Below, one piece after another: positions 50,353 to 52,405 of a DNA stretch of 52,405 nt (its first letter is position 1; each line of letters starts with the position of its first letter). The notes beneath the pieces are model-generated. The model made no database searches. It was not told where the DNA came from and worked only from the letters and a program-made list of their open reading frames with translations. The DNA comes from an uncultured cyanobacterium (GTDB lineage Bacteria; Cyanobacteriota; Cyanobacteriia; Leptolyngbyales; Leptolyngbyaceae). Location: positions 1 through 52,405 of the forward strand of contig CAVYAN010000047.1 in NCBI GenBank assembly GCA_963766075.1, in the 5' to 3' direction. The position numbers and the translations under genes are program-made.

Positions 50353-51304
50353 ATGGCCAGTGAGGGTAGCCGGCTCGAGTTTGACTACTACGGCATTCCG
50401 CTGCCGCCTGCTGGTGCACCTCGAGTGCCTGCAGTGCGTGGCCTCGCCAGTGGTTCCGTCGATAGGCACATCAAGCTGTGGGACCTGCAGGACGGCTCCT
50501 GTACAGCGGGTCTGGGAAGGCCACGCTGGGTCTGTACGCGCTCTGGCGCAGGCGGCCAGAGGCAGCAACAGCCTCTTTAGCTGCTCTACCGACTGCACCG
50601 TTAAAGTCTGGGACACCTCGACGGCCGCCTGCACTGGTGTGCTCACTGGACACACCAGTGTGGTGACTTCAGTGGTCGCACTTCCGGGCACTGGCCGCAT
50701 TGCCTCTGGCTCGTGGGACAACACCATCCGGCTATGGGAGCTCCAGGCGGGCAGCTGCAGCCACACCATCTCTCACGAGCGTCCGGTTACCGACGTGGCG
50801 GCAGTCAACAGAGACATCATCGCCAGCACCGATTGCAACACTGTTCAGCTGTGGGACACCCAGGCGGCTGCAGGCGTGCGCAGCCTCGCGGGGCACACAA
50901 ACTTGGTCAGCAGTGTGGCGTGTGTGGACGAGGACGCCTGTGTGTTGGCCAGCGGGTCCTGTGACCACACTGTCAGAGTCTGGGACGCCGAGGCGGGCGT
51001 CTGCACTACAACCCTGCAGGGACACTCAGAGTCAGTCTGGGCCATCGCTGCTAGTTGTGGACTCATCGCCAGCGGGTCCGACGACAACACGCACCGTGTA
51101 TGGGACCCACGGCTGGACTCTGCGGTCGCCGTGCTGCCTCAACCTGAACCGGTGCACTCAGTCCAGGCGTTCGGTGGTACCAGCATCGTGTGTGGATGCC
51201 GCGGCGGGAAAATCCGGGTGTGGGACCTGCCCTCACGATCGCTGACGGTGGCTCCTCTGGAGGGCCACACTAATGTTGTTTCGGCTGTAGCGATGCTGTA
51301 TTGA
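50353..51304 (+). CDS. WD40 unit 2, 7-bladed propeller requiring a +1 frame change
   Basis: ATG frame gives MASEG...LASGSVDRHIKLWDLQ; the +1 frame gives six more repeats and ends LEGHTNVVSAVAMLY*. Confidence 0.75.
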
Positions 51305-51357
51305 CTTGAGCCTCATGTCCCAAATTGCCGGAAATAAAACGGAAAAAGTATTACGGA

Positions 51358-52312
51358 ATGGCCAGTGAGGGTAGCCGGGTCGAGTTTGAGTACTACGGCA
51401 TTCCGCTGCCGCCTGCTGGTGTACCCCGAGTGCCTGCAGTGTGTGGCCTCGCCAGTGGTTCCGTCGATAGGCAGATCAGGCTGTGGGATCCGCAGGACGG
51501 CTCCTGTACGGCGGCTATTGGAAGGCCACGCTCAGCCTATATGTGCGCTGGCGCAGGCGGCCAGAGGCAGCAACAGCATCGTCAGCGGCTCCCACGACCG
51601 TACCGTCAAAGTCTGGGACACCCAGACGGCTGCCTACACTGGTGTGCTCACTGGACACACCAGTGTGGTGACTTCAGTGGTCGCACTTCCGGGCACCGGC
51701 CGCATTGCCTCTGGCTCGTGGGACAACACCATCCGGCTGTGGGACCTCCAGGCGGGCAGCTGCGCTCTGACCCTCGTCCACCAGAGCTCGGTTTACGACC
51801 TGGCGGCTGTCGGCGGAGCCGTGCTTGCCAGTGCTGGTTGGTACTACGATATCAAGCTGTGGGACACCCAGGCGGCGGCCTGCGTGCGCAGCCTCGCTGG
51901 ACACGCTGGCTGTGTCCGCAGTGTGGCGTGCCTGGACGAGGACGCCTGCGTGCTAGCCAGCAGCTCCAGTGACAGCACTGTCAGAGTCTGGGACGGTGAA
52001 GCGGGCGTGTGCACTACAACCCTGCAGGGACACCAAGAAAGAGTCTGGGCCCTTGCAGCCAGTGGTGGACTCATCGCCAGCGCGGCCGACGACTGCACAG
52101 TGCGGGTGTGGGACCCACGGCTGGACACCTTCGCTCTGGCGGTGCTACCTCAAGCTGACCTGGTGTACTCACTCGCGTTTGGTGGTACTAGCATCGTGTG
52201 TGGGTGCCGCGGCGGGGTAATCCGGGTGTGGGACCTGCCCTCGCGATCACTGGCGTCGGCTCCTCTGGAGGGTCACACCAGCTCTGTTTGGGCTGTAGCG
52301 ATGCTGTACTGA
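51358..52312 (+). CDS. WD40 unit 3, 7-bladed propeller requiring a +1 frame change
   Basis: ATG frame gives MASEG...LASGSVDRQIRLWDPQ; the +1 frame continues RRLLEGH...LEGHTSSVWAVAMLY*. Confidence 0.75.
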
Positions 52313-52405
52313 CTTGAGCCTCATGTCCCAAATTGCCGGAAATAAAACGAAAAAGTATTACGGGAATGGCCAGTGAAGGCAGCCAGGTCGAGTTTGACTA
52401 CTACG

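Larger units (their letters stand above)
49241..52405 (+). repeat. Head-to-tail tandem array of roughly 1-kb WD40 gene units (partial, three complete, partial)
   Basis: ATGGCCAGTGA starts at 49360, 50353, 51358 and 52366 (periods 993, 1005, 1008). Shared spacer with CCGGAAATAAAAC. Runs off the window end. Confidence 0.95.

Noticed and set aside
50297..50360. Stop-codon readthrough fusing the units into one polyprotein (all periods are multiples of 3)
   Set aside because: Reading through TGA meets an in-frame TAA within the spacer (CGG AAA TAA).
50478..50490. 13-nt GT-AG micro-intron (GTGGGACCTGCAG) that would repair the +1 shift
   Set aside because: It would delete the conserved WD dipeptide itself and is implausibly short.
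49241..52405. WD40 array as a diversity-generating retroelement
   Set aside because: No reverse transcriptase or accessory gene in the window, differences are not visibly adenine-specific, and whole genes are repeated rather than a TR/VR pair.

Overview
Positions 1 to about 49.2 kb are cyanobacterial chromosome, shown by abundant HIP1 (GCGATCGC) sites and the cpc genes. This part carries a TPR-glycosyltransferase, an AT-rich acyltransferase islet, an unannotated pirA with an NtcA box, zur, purS and tRNA-Met. The tRNA is followed by a collapsed integrative island (integrase stub, IS630 fragment, IS1). Further along are a U32 protein, HU, cobD, and a CcaS/RcaE-like green/red photoreceptor hybrid kinase with a degenerate ATPase domain, lying beside pcyA-cpcG and cpcBACCD. 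Then come dcd, rph, crtR, rpaA, a cation/H+ antiporter, recR (probable ACG start), VKOR, rfbC/rfbA and dnaG. At about 49,240 the sequence switches abruptly, mid-gene, to a HIP1-free head-to-tail array of roughly 1-kb units, each encoding a 7-bladed Cys-rich WD40 propeller. All three complete copies share the same +1 frame disruption, are mosaics of one another, and carry eukaryote-like signals, so this is either a foreign acquisition or an assembly chimera. Several isolated single-base frameshifts suggest residual long-read indel errors. All assignments come from reading the sequence and recalled family motifs; no searches were run.
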